This document shows positions 53,101 through 62,697 of a stretch of DNA of 64,000 nucleotides, piece by piece (within the stretch, counting starts at the first letter, position 1; each line of letters opens with the position of its first letter). The position numbers were made by a program, and so were the translations under genes. The notes under the pieces were generated by a model. It was given only the letters and a program-made list of their open reading frames with translations, made no database searches and was not told where the DNA came from. This stretch comes from Phallusia mammillata (lineage: Eukaryota): the NCBI GenBank assembly GCA_965637545.1, contig OZ281495.1:31806001-31870000 (forward strand). Direction: 5' to 3'.

Positions 53101-54209
53101 GCTAAATCTCCGGACGCGAGTTCCGTACGAATTGACGATCACGCATCAGACCCAAAGCGTCGCAAGTCAGCTCCGGTTACAACTTTCGCCAATTCCACCA
53201 ACGATCGCGATAGCGACGACGACAGCTCGTGGAAGCGAAGGTTTTCGGTTCAAACCTCGTTCGGACAGTCGATGTACAGACCGCACGCAAGTCAAGCATC
53301 GGCGTTTGCACCACACACTAAGGCTTACTCTGCAAGTGACCCAGCTAACTCGTTCACAGGTAAATGCTTTTGATTTGAAGTTCAAGATAATAACTCGCTT
53401 TACAGTAAATAACATTTTAACTTTGACTTAAACATGTCATTAAATCACTTAAATTGACATTTCCAAGATTAAATCTTCAAATTGAAGTACACAGGACACA
53501 CACACTACCAGTACACTACTACTAGTAAATAACAACAAAGTTAACAATGTAGTACACAAAGTAATGGTTTTCGTCGAAAAGGGAACAGAATTATTCCACG
53601 GAGTGTTGCTCTTAGTTAAGAGACTACTGGGAAACAATAAATTAACAACAAAGTTTCTTTTTAGGATTCTTGCCAATGTGGAACAACCCTTTATTCCCAC
53701 AAACACCATCACTTCTGTTCGCCCCTAACATGCCCACCACCGTAGCCACACGCAGCTCCATCCCTGGCCAGGGATTGTTCAACCGGGGGTGGATGAACAC
53801 CGCTTTATGGGCGGCCGCATTTGCAGCCAACAACAACCGTTCCATGCTGCCCAACGACGTTCCAACCTCAATGAGTGTTCAAGCAACTGAAAATCTACAA
53901 AGCGAAGCCGACCGCTGCCTGATGACAAACCTGGGTTCCCCGTTTAGCAGCGTCACAGAGATGGACGACCCTACCTTAAACATGGAGGGCAATACGTGGA
54001 AGACAGGCCCGGTGCAGTGCAACATATGTAAACGCATGTATAGCAACAAGGGAACGCTGCGTGTGCATTTCAAGTCTGTTCATCTACGCGAGATGCACCA
54101 ATGTACGGTTCCCGGATGCGACATGATGTTCACTTCTGTGAGAAGCAGAAACAGACACAGTCAGAACCCGAATCTCCATCGTAGCTTGGCGTACCACCCG
54201 CAAAACTAA
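40980..54209 (+). CDS. BNC2: Basonuclin / disconnected-family C2H2 zinc-finger transcription factor (BNC1/BNC2 co-orthologue), spliced; N-terminus unresolved
   Basis: join(40980..41115,42675..42789,45418..45532,46010..46132,46609..47978,49316..49441,52194..53359,53665..54209) = 3696 nt = 1231 aa + stop. All introns are GT-AG with matching phases. Contains the BNC N-terminal domain motifs and two BNC-type finger pairs. Confidence 0.93.
42675..42789 (+). CDS. BNC2: Basonuclin exon: N-terminal domain
   Basis: ...[17 protein letters not shown] matches BNC SSLMLYGTQAIPVR; phase 1 in, phase 2 out. Confidence 0.9.
45140..45200 (+). mobile_element. Solitary 5' end of a hAT MITE in a basonuclin intron
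   Basis: CAGTGGTTCCCAACC followed by GCACCCCT, as in the 58085 MITE; no 3' TIR. A similar lone terminus CAGTGGTTTT is at 43832. Confidence 0.45.
45418..45532 (+). CDS. BNC2: Basonuclin exon: N-terminal domain
   Basis: [38 protein letters not shown] matches BNC LKILLDRLFSVL...DWTLQDYIRGY. Confidence 0.92.
46010..46132 (+). CDS. BNC2: Basonuclin exon: end of the N-terminal domain
   Basis: [37 protein letters not shown] resembles BNC [22 protein letters not shown]. 123 nt, phase 0/0, TTTTATAG acceptor. Confidence 0.85.
46609..47978 (+). CDS. BNC2: Basonuclin large exon: acidic/Ser-rich linker, NLS-like KRSRRKS, start of finger pair 2
   Basis: ORF 46519..47982 entered at the TTTCAG acceptor; ends [14 protein letters not shown]|GT. 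Confidence 0.92.
49316..49441 (+). CDS. BNC2: Basonuclin exon: rest of finger pair 2
   Basis: [42 protein letters not shown] matches the vertebrate BNC pair-2 signature (SVKLH...[15 protein letters not shown]). Confidence 0.95.
51395..51525 (+). mobile_element. Degenerate hAT MITE remnant
   Basis: CAGCGCTTTCTAAACT terminus with GGGTCC/GGGGTTCC subterminal motifs; 3' TIR and TSD not recoverable. Confidence 0.4.
52194..53359 (+). CDS. BNC2: Basonuclin exon: low-complexity linker between finger pairs 2 and 3
   Basis: ORF 52252..53373 extended to the TTTTCTTCAG acceptor; phase 2 in, phase 1 out; GTAAAT donor. Confidence 0.88.
53665..54209 (+). CDS. BNC2: Basonuclin last coding exon with finger pair 3
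   Basis: [54 protein letters not shown] matches the BNC C-terminal pair (SQNPNLH); stop at 54207-09. Confidence 0.95.
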
Positions 54210-56443
54210 ACCACCATAGTTAAATGTTAACAGAACTCTTTTATATCTGCTTGCTATTGCATACTGTTGTTAAGCTAAGCTGCAGCATATTACACATGCT
54301 ATCCAATTTAGCTGCTTGAACGCTTATTTTATTTTTTATTACGCCATGACAGTAAACATCAGCAAGTTAGGATTGAAAAAAATAGCAAAGCTACTCAAAA
54401 TACTTGGTGTACTGTAGACGAACCCAATGTGTTGTGTTGTTTGTAGCAAATGTATTACGCCTCTGTTTGACCTTTTTTGGATGAAATCCAAGGGAAATGC
54501 GTTACTCTTGTGATAACAACTTATTCTTAGTCTGCTGTTACCAGCAAAGATTACAAATTAGTTTTCTGTGTCTCTGACGAACGTACCTTCAAATCAAACC
54601 CTTGAACCATTACTACCATACACGTGTGACATCGGAATAAAGTCACACCATTTATCCAGTTCAGTTGTTTTTAGTTTCTTAACCGTAAAAATACTATCAA
54701 TTAGCTTCCTAGCAGTTCCACAAGCCGTTCCTCGTAAGTTACCTTCGTCGTGCCAATGTTAGTCTCTGCTTATATGTTGTTCCACGCGCTAGTGTTTGAT
54801 CTGTGTTGCTATCTACGTCTATTAATGTTGTCTTGTGTCATCTAATTCGCAACAAATAACTTAGGGATGCGCAATGAAAAGCTGCTAATTACTTCTAAGC
54901 ATAGTGGGTAAATATTTATATTTTTGCCACGACACTTGGAAATGTAAAACAGTAGGGTGGAGTTTAAAAAAAACTCTTTGCTGCATTGCAAAAACAATAG
55001 GTTTTGAAACAAGCAACCGAATTAGTGTTCATTTACCTGGTAAAAACATTTAATATATTCGAATCTTCTGGATTCGGTATTCTAGATTGTGCATCCCTTA
55101 GCAGTAACCGCTTACGCTTCCGAATTCCTATCCTATACTTTATATTCCTGCATCCGTGTTCTAAAGACGTCGCGTTTTGTGTTATTACTCCTATTTGTTC
55201 CAGTGCAGTGTATGTGTTTATGGTGCTTCATTATTTCCATATGTTTTGCATGCTACAAACCCGCCTTATTAGGGTCCTGAGTTGCCTACCAGTCTTCACT
55301 CTTGTTCATGCGTTCCATGCGTCACTGTGCCAAAACGTGCTCGTTGGACGGACACGGACTAAAAGGTGCTATTCTCTTGTTTAAACCAGCGTGCTGCCTG
55401 AACTTATGTACCCTTTCATGTGCTTTGTTATAAAACTTGAAACATATTCCAGTTGGTCGTCTGTTCCGTTTAATCGCATCGCGGTTGTAAATCCCAAACC
55501 GTAGCCCAAGTTTTCTTTGAAAAAAAAGCGATCTTTTCAATCACATATTTCGGTAGAAAATCGAGGCCAAATAAGATATGCGATTAACCGGAATTGCTAG
55601 GGAGGGGCGAGATGTATGTCATAGCCGCACACTTGCAATTTTTTGTAGTTGACTTGTCAACTATTTACCAGCCGTTCCTTTCGTGGACACTTTTATAATT
55701 TGTGCTGAAGGTTAAACTGCTCGATTTGTATGTAAGTTAAAACAAACTATATCAACACAAAGAGACACATCGCATAGGCAAAAGTTAATGAGCATGCAAC
55801 TGATGTTAACTAGGCCATTTTCAATAGAGTTTTATTGTGGTCTACACTAAACATTGTTTCGTTTATAGTTCCAAGCTTTTAAGTATCGTACCATCAACGT
55901 TGTTATTTTCTACACCTTAGCAAATCCAGTCGATTGAATTGAAACATTCTGACATCATTCGGTGCCAAATTGTGTAAGAGTGCCCTTTGACCTTGTGCCA
56001 AGTTTATCTGATCACGTAATATCTCCCTTTTTTCTCTTTTCTCTCGCTTGTGCCACAAAATAAACGACTACGACATTTTGTGTACATGCCTTCAGGTTTT
56101 ACATTACATTTTCTTAAATTTGTAAAGCTAAATATGATGTGTTTAAAGTCTTTAGACTTACACAAATGCTTTTTGTACAAGATACATGCAGTTGTCATTC
56201 AGAATTACATTGTTTGCTGCAGGACTGCTCCAACATTTTGAGCGTAACTACAAGTTTAGTGGGCTATTAGCACAGATAGCTTGAAATTTTCTCTAAGCTA
56301 ATATGGTTGGACATGTGAAGCAGGTCAAATGGTTTTAGAGTTCGAATACAGGTTGTACATGATATGAAGTCGAAGCTATTAGAAAAAGCAGGCAGCTGAA
56401 ACTTAGACACCGAAATTTCATGCTGTTTTTTAAACATCCTTAC

Positions 56444-57571
56444 TCAATGTAAGGATTTTCCCCAAGCATTTAACATAGCAGTGAGAGAACTCGCGCGCCG
56501 ACTTCGGTCAGCTTGCAACGGGTCTCTTTGTCGCCATCTAGCGTCGCTAACAGTTCGCCTAAAGCGTGGAAAATCGGCGCCAATGGGCAGAATTACAAAG
56601 CGGTTATTGTTTGAAGTTATTATGACTGGTACGGTTTCTGTATAAGGCGGTGGTCGTGTGCCAGTCGAGGAGATACTGGATTTCTTCGTAACCACACTAG
56701 CTCGCCTGCTCATGTCGCCTATAATCACGACGGGGTTAAAGTCAATGTCAGGTGGTGCCCCGCTCGCAAAAGTGCACGACACCGAACTGGGAGCAGCTGT
56801 GGAAGCGAAACTGGTTGAGCGAACGCTTTCAGCTACACCAGGATCACTTTCACGTATCCGGCGACGGCACGCTTTGATTTTTGTGTAGCAGTGGGTCGCC
56901 ACGATGCAGAGAATAAAGAACACACCAATGGAGACAAGGCAAATTCCGACTAAGCGATTGTCGACAGTTTTCTGTGGTAGATCTCCGTAATTGTTTGCGA
57001 TAAAAGCGATTCCCAGCAATATGAAGGAAGTCCCGGAGATTCCGAGGAACCTGATGCAGACACCTCCCGGTTTAAACCACCTCCGAACTTCCCGGATGCG
57101 GGAAAGATGAAAAGGAGGAGCACTAGGAATGGGGGGAGGTGTGGGAATTCGTTCTCCTGTTTCTTCTGCATCCGCGCCGTAGTCAAGAAGCCATGTCTGA
57201 TATTCCACAGTTACCATTTCGTCGTCATGGTTACCATCAAGGAAGCTCCTTACCGATGTAGGGAGGTCCTCCGTCCTCACGCGCTCCCTCATACTCCTCC
57301 TGGCAGGAAAACCGAAATTGCTCCTCCGCGGAAGATTCTGGATCCCGAAATCCCGATCATCATAGAGATCTTCAGGAAGACTTGAAGATGTAGCTCGGTT
57401 GGAATCGCGTGCTGTTCTTCTGCGGTGCACTGGAGCCGGAGAAGGATTAAATCTTCTGGAAGGAAAGGAGTTGAAGTCTTCCGGAGGAGCTCTTGGTTGT
57501 CTGATTACGTATTGATGTGCTGAAGAGGTGGATGAAGATGCAGCTTGTTCTTCCGCTAAATTGGTTGGCAT
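56444..57571 (-). CDS. Intronless 375-aa two-transmembrane protein with PSAP and PPPY motifs (copy A); uncharacterised
   Basis: Long ORF with hydrophobic segments at ~170-192 and ~206-229, a basic KACRRR stop-transfer segment, PSAP at 149-152 and PPPY at 307-310. The frame is preserved in the paralogue. Confidence 0.85.
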   Translation of the reverse strand: MPTNLAEEQAASSSTSSAHQYVIRQPRAPPEDFNSFPSRRFNPSPAPVHRRRTARDSNRATSSSLPEDLYDDRDFGIQNLPRRSNFGFPARRSMRERVRTEDLPTSVRSFLDGNHDDEMVTVEYQTWLLDYGADAEETGERIPTPPPIPSAPPFHLSRIREVRRWFKPGGVCIRFLGISGTSFILLGIAFIANNYGDLPQKTVDNRLVGICLVSIGVFFILCIVATHCYTKIKACRRRIRESDPGVAESVRSTSFASTAAPSSVSCTFASGAPPDIDFNPVVIIGDMSRRASVVTKKSSISSTGTRPPPYTETVPVIITSNNNRFVILPIGADFPRFRRTVSDARWRQRDPLQADRSRRASSLTAMLNAWGKSLH

Positions 57572-58084
57572 GGTTACTTATGAACATGGCACATCAACAG
57601 TTTTCAAAGCTTCGTGGGTGGATTTGATATTTGTCAGTTGAACACAATCCAGAAAACTTTAAACTTTACTTGGCACTTTGGTTAGCCAGACACTTACAAA
57701 CCTTTACAAAAATGTACATGGCAATACCAACTAAACTGAGTGACGGGTGTTACGAAAGCCATAAGATCAATGTATGCAGAATTATTCAACTAGTTGTAAA
57801 TTTGCACAAAACATATTCAAACTCAAACATATCAAGTCGTTTTGGTTAAAAAACTTGTGCTCACATCTTCACACATTTTTTCCACACAAGCAGTTATTGG
57901 GTTTTTGAAACTTTAAAAGCCTCATCTACAAAATGCTACAAACATTTAACACTATCTTCCGTGTCAGCCTGACGTTTGGTTAGAACGCTAACTACTGGAG
58001 AGCTTATGTAAAGTACATTTTATTACAAATGTATGAAAGTGCTCGTATTGAGCGGCAGTCGAAAATGCATATTATACTGTAAGT

Positions 58085-58301
58085 CAGTGGTTCTTAACCT
58101 TTTTTCCTTGCTGCACCCCTTTCAAATCACCAACCAATTTTCGCACCCCCTTTCATATCACTAACCAATTTTCGCTCCCCCTTCTGTAATTGCTTAAATA
58201 GAATAGACCTAACCAACCTTAATTATTCGGCATCCCCGCACCCCCTAGGAACAGTTCTCGCACCCCTTGGGGGTGCGTGCACCCCAGGTTAAGAACCCCT
58301 G
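58085..58301. mobile_element. hAT MITE, 217 bp, complete; present only in unit A
   Basis: TIRs CAGTGGTTCTTAACCT and AGGTTAAGAACCCCTG. 8-bp TSD CTGTAAGT at 58077-84 and 58302-09. GCACCCC subterminal repeats. Absent at ~63255 in unit B. Confidence 0.93.
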
Positions 58302-58598
58302 CTGTAAGTCTTACTCTTTGTACTAACGATAACCACTGCAGTACACGAAATTGAATTGGAATAAAATGCTTCACTTTACAACGTCTCAAGTATTAGACTT
58401 CATTTATAAGACTGCTAGTCGTATTCAACATGCACTAGCTCTTTTATGAGGGGGTATCACATAAACATACACTGTACGGTTGCTATTTCCGCTTTTCAGT
58501 TTCAATATGCGCAACTGTATTGTTGCGGGAAATGGTATAAACACGTCACTAATCGAAGTACATCACAGAAAAAAATTCAGTGTATTCAGTGTAAAATC

Positions 58599-59027
58599 AT
58601 GGCGGCCCCAGGTGGTACACATTTGCAGCCAACAACAATCGTCCTATGCTGCCCAACGACAACTTCAATGAGTGTTCAAGCAGTTTCAACTTCAATGAGT
58701 GTTCAAGCAACTGAAAATCTACAAAGCGAGGCCGACCGCTGCCTGATGACAAACCTAGGTTCCCCGTTTAGCAGCGTCACAGAGATGGACGACCCGACCT
58801 TAAACATGGAGGGCAATACGTGGAAGACAGGCCCGGTGCAGTGCAACATATGTAAACGCATGTATAGCAACAAGGGAACGCTCCGTGTGCATTTCAAGTC
58901 GGTTCATCTGCGCGAGATGCACCAATGTACGGTTCCCGGATGCGATATGATGTTCACTTCTGTGAGAAGCAGAAACAGTCAGAACCCGAATCTCCACCGT
59001 AGCTTGGCGTACCACCCGCAAAACTAA
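58599..59027 (+). pseudogene. Duplicated, rearranged basonuclin 3' fragment; pseudogene or young 142-aa single-finger gene (ORF also open from 58446)
   Basis: Copy of 53807-54209 with a -1 nt deletion, a +11 nt net insertion, a 22-nt tandem duplication and a 6-nt deletion (RH) that removes a His ligand of the last finger. No upstream BNC exons. Confidence 0.7.
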
Positions 59028-59092
59028 ACCACCATAGTTAAATGGTAACACAACTCTTTTATATCTGCTTGCTATTGCATACTGTTGTTAAG

Positions 59093-59438
59093 GTAATTGA
59101 TTGCCAAAATAAGCGTCGATTGCCTCAGTGAATAATTTTCCTAAAGCGTGTCATTGTTACTATTCTCACACCGTTTCATTATAAAACACTGTTTACATCT
59201 GTTTCATAGAAATAATGTAATGATCTATTCATAACATATTTGTTTACCTGTCTTTGTTTTATTATTTACTACAACACTTTCACAACATACATGCATGTTT
59301 ATTTTTTGTTGTTGTTCAATATAGCTTATCAGTTGTCTTGCAACCCTTGAATTGTTCAGGGTCAGCTCCTGTATAACCACTTGTGGTTCAAGCTGATCCT
59401 ACGTAGTGTCATCACGTAAATAAATGAATTGAATTGAA
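59093..59438 (+). mobile_element. 5'-truncated non-LTR retrotransposon 3' end (L2/CR1-group-like); present only in unit B
   Basis: ~346-bp insert absent from unit A. Has a 3' stem-loop (CAGCT..AACCAC/GTGGTT..AGCTG) and ends AATAAA(TGAAT)3. Possible TTAAG TSD at 59088-92 and 59439-43. Confidence 0.7.
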
Positions 59439-61569
59439 TTAAGTTGCGTTTTGTCACATGCTACCCAATTTTGCTGCCTAAACACCTACTTTATTTTTTA
59501 TTCGCCATGACAGTAAAGGGTGGAACTCTTCAGCCAAGACATGGACATCAGCAAGTTAGGATTAAAGAAATTAGCAAAGCGACTCAAAATCTTTGGTGTA
59601 GACAAACTTTATGCGGTGTTGTGTTGTTTGTAGCAAATGTATTAAGCTTCTGTTTGGCCTTTTTTGGATGAAATCCAAGGGAAATGCGTTACATTTGTGA
59701 TAACAACTTATTCTTAGTCTGCTATTACCAGCAAAGATTACAAATTATTTTTCTGTGTCTCTGACGAACGTACCTTCAAACCAAACCCTTTAGCCATTAC
59801 TACCATACACATGTGACATCGGAATAAAGTCACACCATTTATCCAGTTCAGTTGTTTTTAGTTTCTTAACCGTAAATATACTCTCAATTAGCTTCCTAGC
59901 AGTTCCACAAGCCTTTCCTTGCAAGTTACCTTCGTCGTGCCGATGTTTAGTCTCTGCTTATATGTTGTTCCACGCGCTAGTGTTTGATCTGTGTTGCTAT
60001 CTACGTTTATTAATGTTGTCTTGTGTCATCTAATTCGCAACAAATAACTTAGGGATGCACAATGAAAAGCTACTAATTACTTCTAAGTATAGTGGGTAAA
60101 AATTTATATTTTTGCCACGACACCTGGAAATGTAAAACAGGGTGGAGATTAAACAAAACTCTTTGCTGTGTTTTAAAAACAATAGGTTTTGAAACAAGCA
60201 ACCGAATTAGTGTTCATTTACCCGGTAAAAACATTTAATATATTCGAATCTTCTGGATTCGGTATTCTAGATTGTGCATCCCTTAGCAGTAACCGCTTAC
60301 GCTTCCGAATGCCTATCCTATACTTTATATACCTGCATCCGTGTTCTAAAGACGTCGCGTTTTGTGTTATTACTCCTATTTGTTCCAGTGCAGTGTATGT
60401 GTTTATGGTGCTTCGTTATTTCCATATGTTTTGCATGCCACAAACCCGCCTTATAAGGGTCCTGGGTTGCCTACCAGTCTTCACTCTTGTTCATGCGTTC
60501 CATGCGTCACTGTGCCAAAACGTGCTCGTTGGACGGACACGGACTAAAAGGTGCTATTCTCTTGTTTAAACCAGCGTGCTGCCTGAATTTATGTACCCTT
60601 TCATGTGCTTTGTCACAAAAATTATGCCGGTTGGTCGTCTGTTCCGTTTAATCGCACAGGGGTTGTAAATCCCAAACTGTAGCCAAGTTTTTTTTTTTAA
60701 AAAGCGATCTTTTCAATCACATATTTCGGTAGAAAATCGAGGCCAAATAAGATATGCGATTAACCGGAATTGCTAGGGAGGGGCGAAATGTATGTCATAG
60801 CCGCACACTTGCAATTTTTTGTAGTTGACTTGTCAACTATTTACCAGTCGTTCCTTTCGTATACACTTTTATAGTTTATGCTGAAGGTTAAACTGCTTGA
60901 CTTGTATGTAAATTAAAAAAAACTACATCAACACAAAGAGACACATCGCATAGGCAAAAGTTAATGAGCATGCAACACTTATTTCGTTTATAGTTCCAAG
61001 CTTGTAAGTATCGTACCATCAACGTTATTATTTTCTACACCTTAACAAATCCAGTCGATTGAATTGAAACATTCTGACATCATTCGGTGCCAAATTGTGT
61101 AAGAGTGCCCTTTGACCTTGTGCCAAGTTTATCTGATCACGGGATATCTCCCTTTTTTCTCTTTTCTCTCGCTTGTGCCACAAAATAAACGATTACGACA
61201 TTTTGTGTACATGCCTTCAGGTTTTACATTACATTTTCTTAAATTTGTAAAGCTAAATATGATGTGTTTAAAGTCTTTAGACCTACACAAATGCTTTTTG
61301 TACAAGATACATGCAGTTGTCATTCAGAATTACATTGTTTGCTGCAGGACTGCTCCAACGTTTTGAGCGTAACATGCAAGTTTAGTGGGCTATTAGCACA
61401 GATAGCTTGAAATTTTCTCTAAGCTAATATGGTTGGACATGTGAAGCAGGTCAAATGGTTTTAGAGTTCGAATACAGGTTGTACATGATATGAAGTCGAA
61501 GCTATTAGAAAAAGCAGGCAGCTGAAACTTAGACACCGAAATTTCATCCTGTTTTTTGAACATCCTTAC

Positions 61570-62697
61570 TCAATGTAAGGATTTTCCCCAAGCATTTAAC
61601 ATAGCAGTGAGAGAATTCGCGCGCCGACTTCGGTCAGCTTGCAACGGGTCTCTTTGTCGCCATCTAGCGTCGCTAACAGTTCGCCTAAAGCGTCGAGAAT
61701 CATCACCAATGGGCAGAATTACAAAGTGGTTATTGTTTGAAGTTATTATGACTGGTACAGTTTCTGTATAAGGCGGTGGCCGTGTGCCTGTCGAGCAGAT
61801 ACTGGATTTCTTCGTAACCACACTAGCTCGCCTGCTCATGTCGCCTATAATCACGACGGGGTTAAAGTCAATGTCAGGTGGTGCCCCGCTCGCAAAAGTG
61901 CACGACACCGAACTGGGAGCAGCTGTGGAAGCGAAACTGGTTGAGCGAACGCTTTCAGCTACACCAGGATCACTTTCACGTATCCGGCGACGGCACGCTT
62001 TGATTTCTGTGTAGCAGTGGGTCGCCACGATGCAGAGAATGAAGAACACACCAATGGAGACGAGGCAAATTCCGACTAAGCGATCGTCGACAGTTTTCTG
62101 TGGTAGATCTCCGTAATTGTTTGCGATAAAAGCGATTCCCAGCAATATGAAAGAAGTCCCGGAGATTCCGAGGAGCATGATGCAGACACCTCCCGGTTTA
62201 AACCACCTCCGAACTTCCCGGATGCGAGAAAGATGAAAAGGAGGAGCACTAGGAATCGGGGTAGGTGTGGGAATTCGTCCTCCTGTTTCTTCTGCATCCG
62301 CGTCGTAGTCAAGAAGCCATGTCTGATATTCCACAGTTACTATTTCGTCGTCATGGTTACCATCAAGGAAGCTCCTCACCGATGTAGGTAGGTCCTCCGT
62401 CCTAACGCGCTCCCTCATCCTCCTCCTGGCAGGAAAACCGAAACTGCTCCTCCGCGGAAGATTCTGGATCCCGAAATCCCGATCATCATAGAGATCTTCA
62501 GGAAGACTTGAAGATGTAGCTCGGTTGGGATCATATCCTGTCCTCCTGCGGTGCACTGGAGCCGGAGGAGGATTAAATCTTCTGGAAGGAAAGGAGTTGA
62601 AATCTTCCGGTGGAGCTCTTGGTTGTCTGATTACGTACTGATGAGCTGAAGAGGTAGATGAAGATGCAGCTTGTTCTTCGGGTAAACTGGTTGACAT
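61570..62697 (-). CDS. Intronless 375-aa two-transmembrane protein (copy B)
   Basis: Paralogue of 56444-57571 with 23 aa differences (~94% identity), no indels or stops; PSAP and PPPY retained. Confidence 0.85.
   Translation of the reverse strand: MSTSLPEEQAASSSTSSAHQYVIRQPRAPPEDFNSFPSRRFNPPPAPVHRRRTGYDPNRATSSSLPEDLYDDRDFGIQNLPRRSSFGFPARRRMRERVRTEDLPTSVRSFLDGNHDDEIVTVEYQTWLLDYDADAEETGGRIPTPTPIPSAPPFHLSRIREVRRWFKPGGVCIMLLGISGTSFILLGIAFIANNYGDLPQKTVDDRLVGICLVSIGVFFILCIVATHCYTEIKACRRRIRESDPGVAESVRSTSFASTAAPSSVSCTFASGAPPDIDFNPVVIIGDMSRRASVVTKKSSICSTGTRPPPYTETVPVIITSNNNHFVILPIGDDSRRFRRTVSDARWRQRDPLQADRSRRANSLTAMLNAWGKSLH

Noticed and set aside
55004-60569. 126-aa ORF present in both duplicated units (55004-55384, 60189-60569)
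   Set aside because: Starts at TTG, has no recognisable domain and lies in UTR-like DNA; its conservation is explained by the recent duplication.
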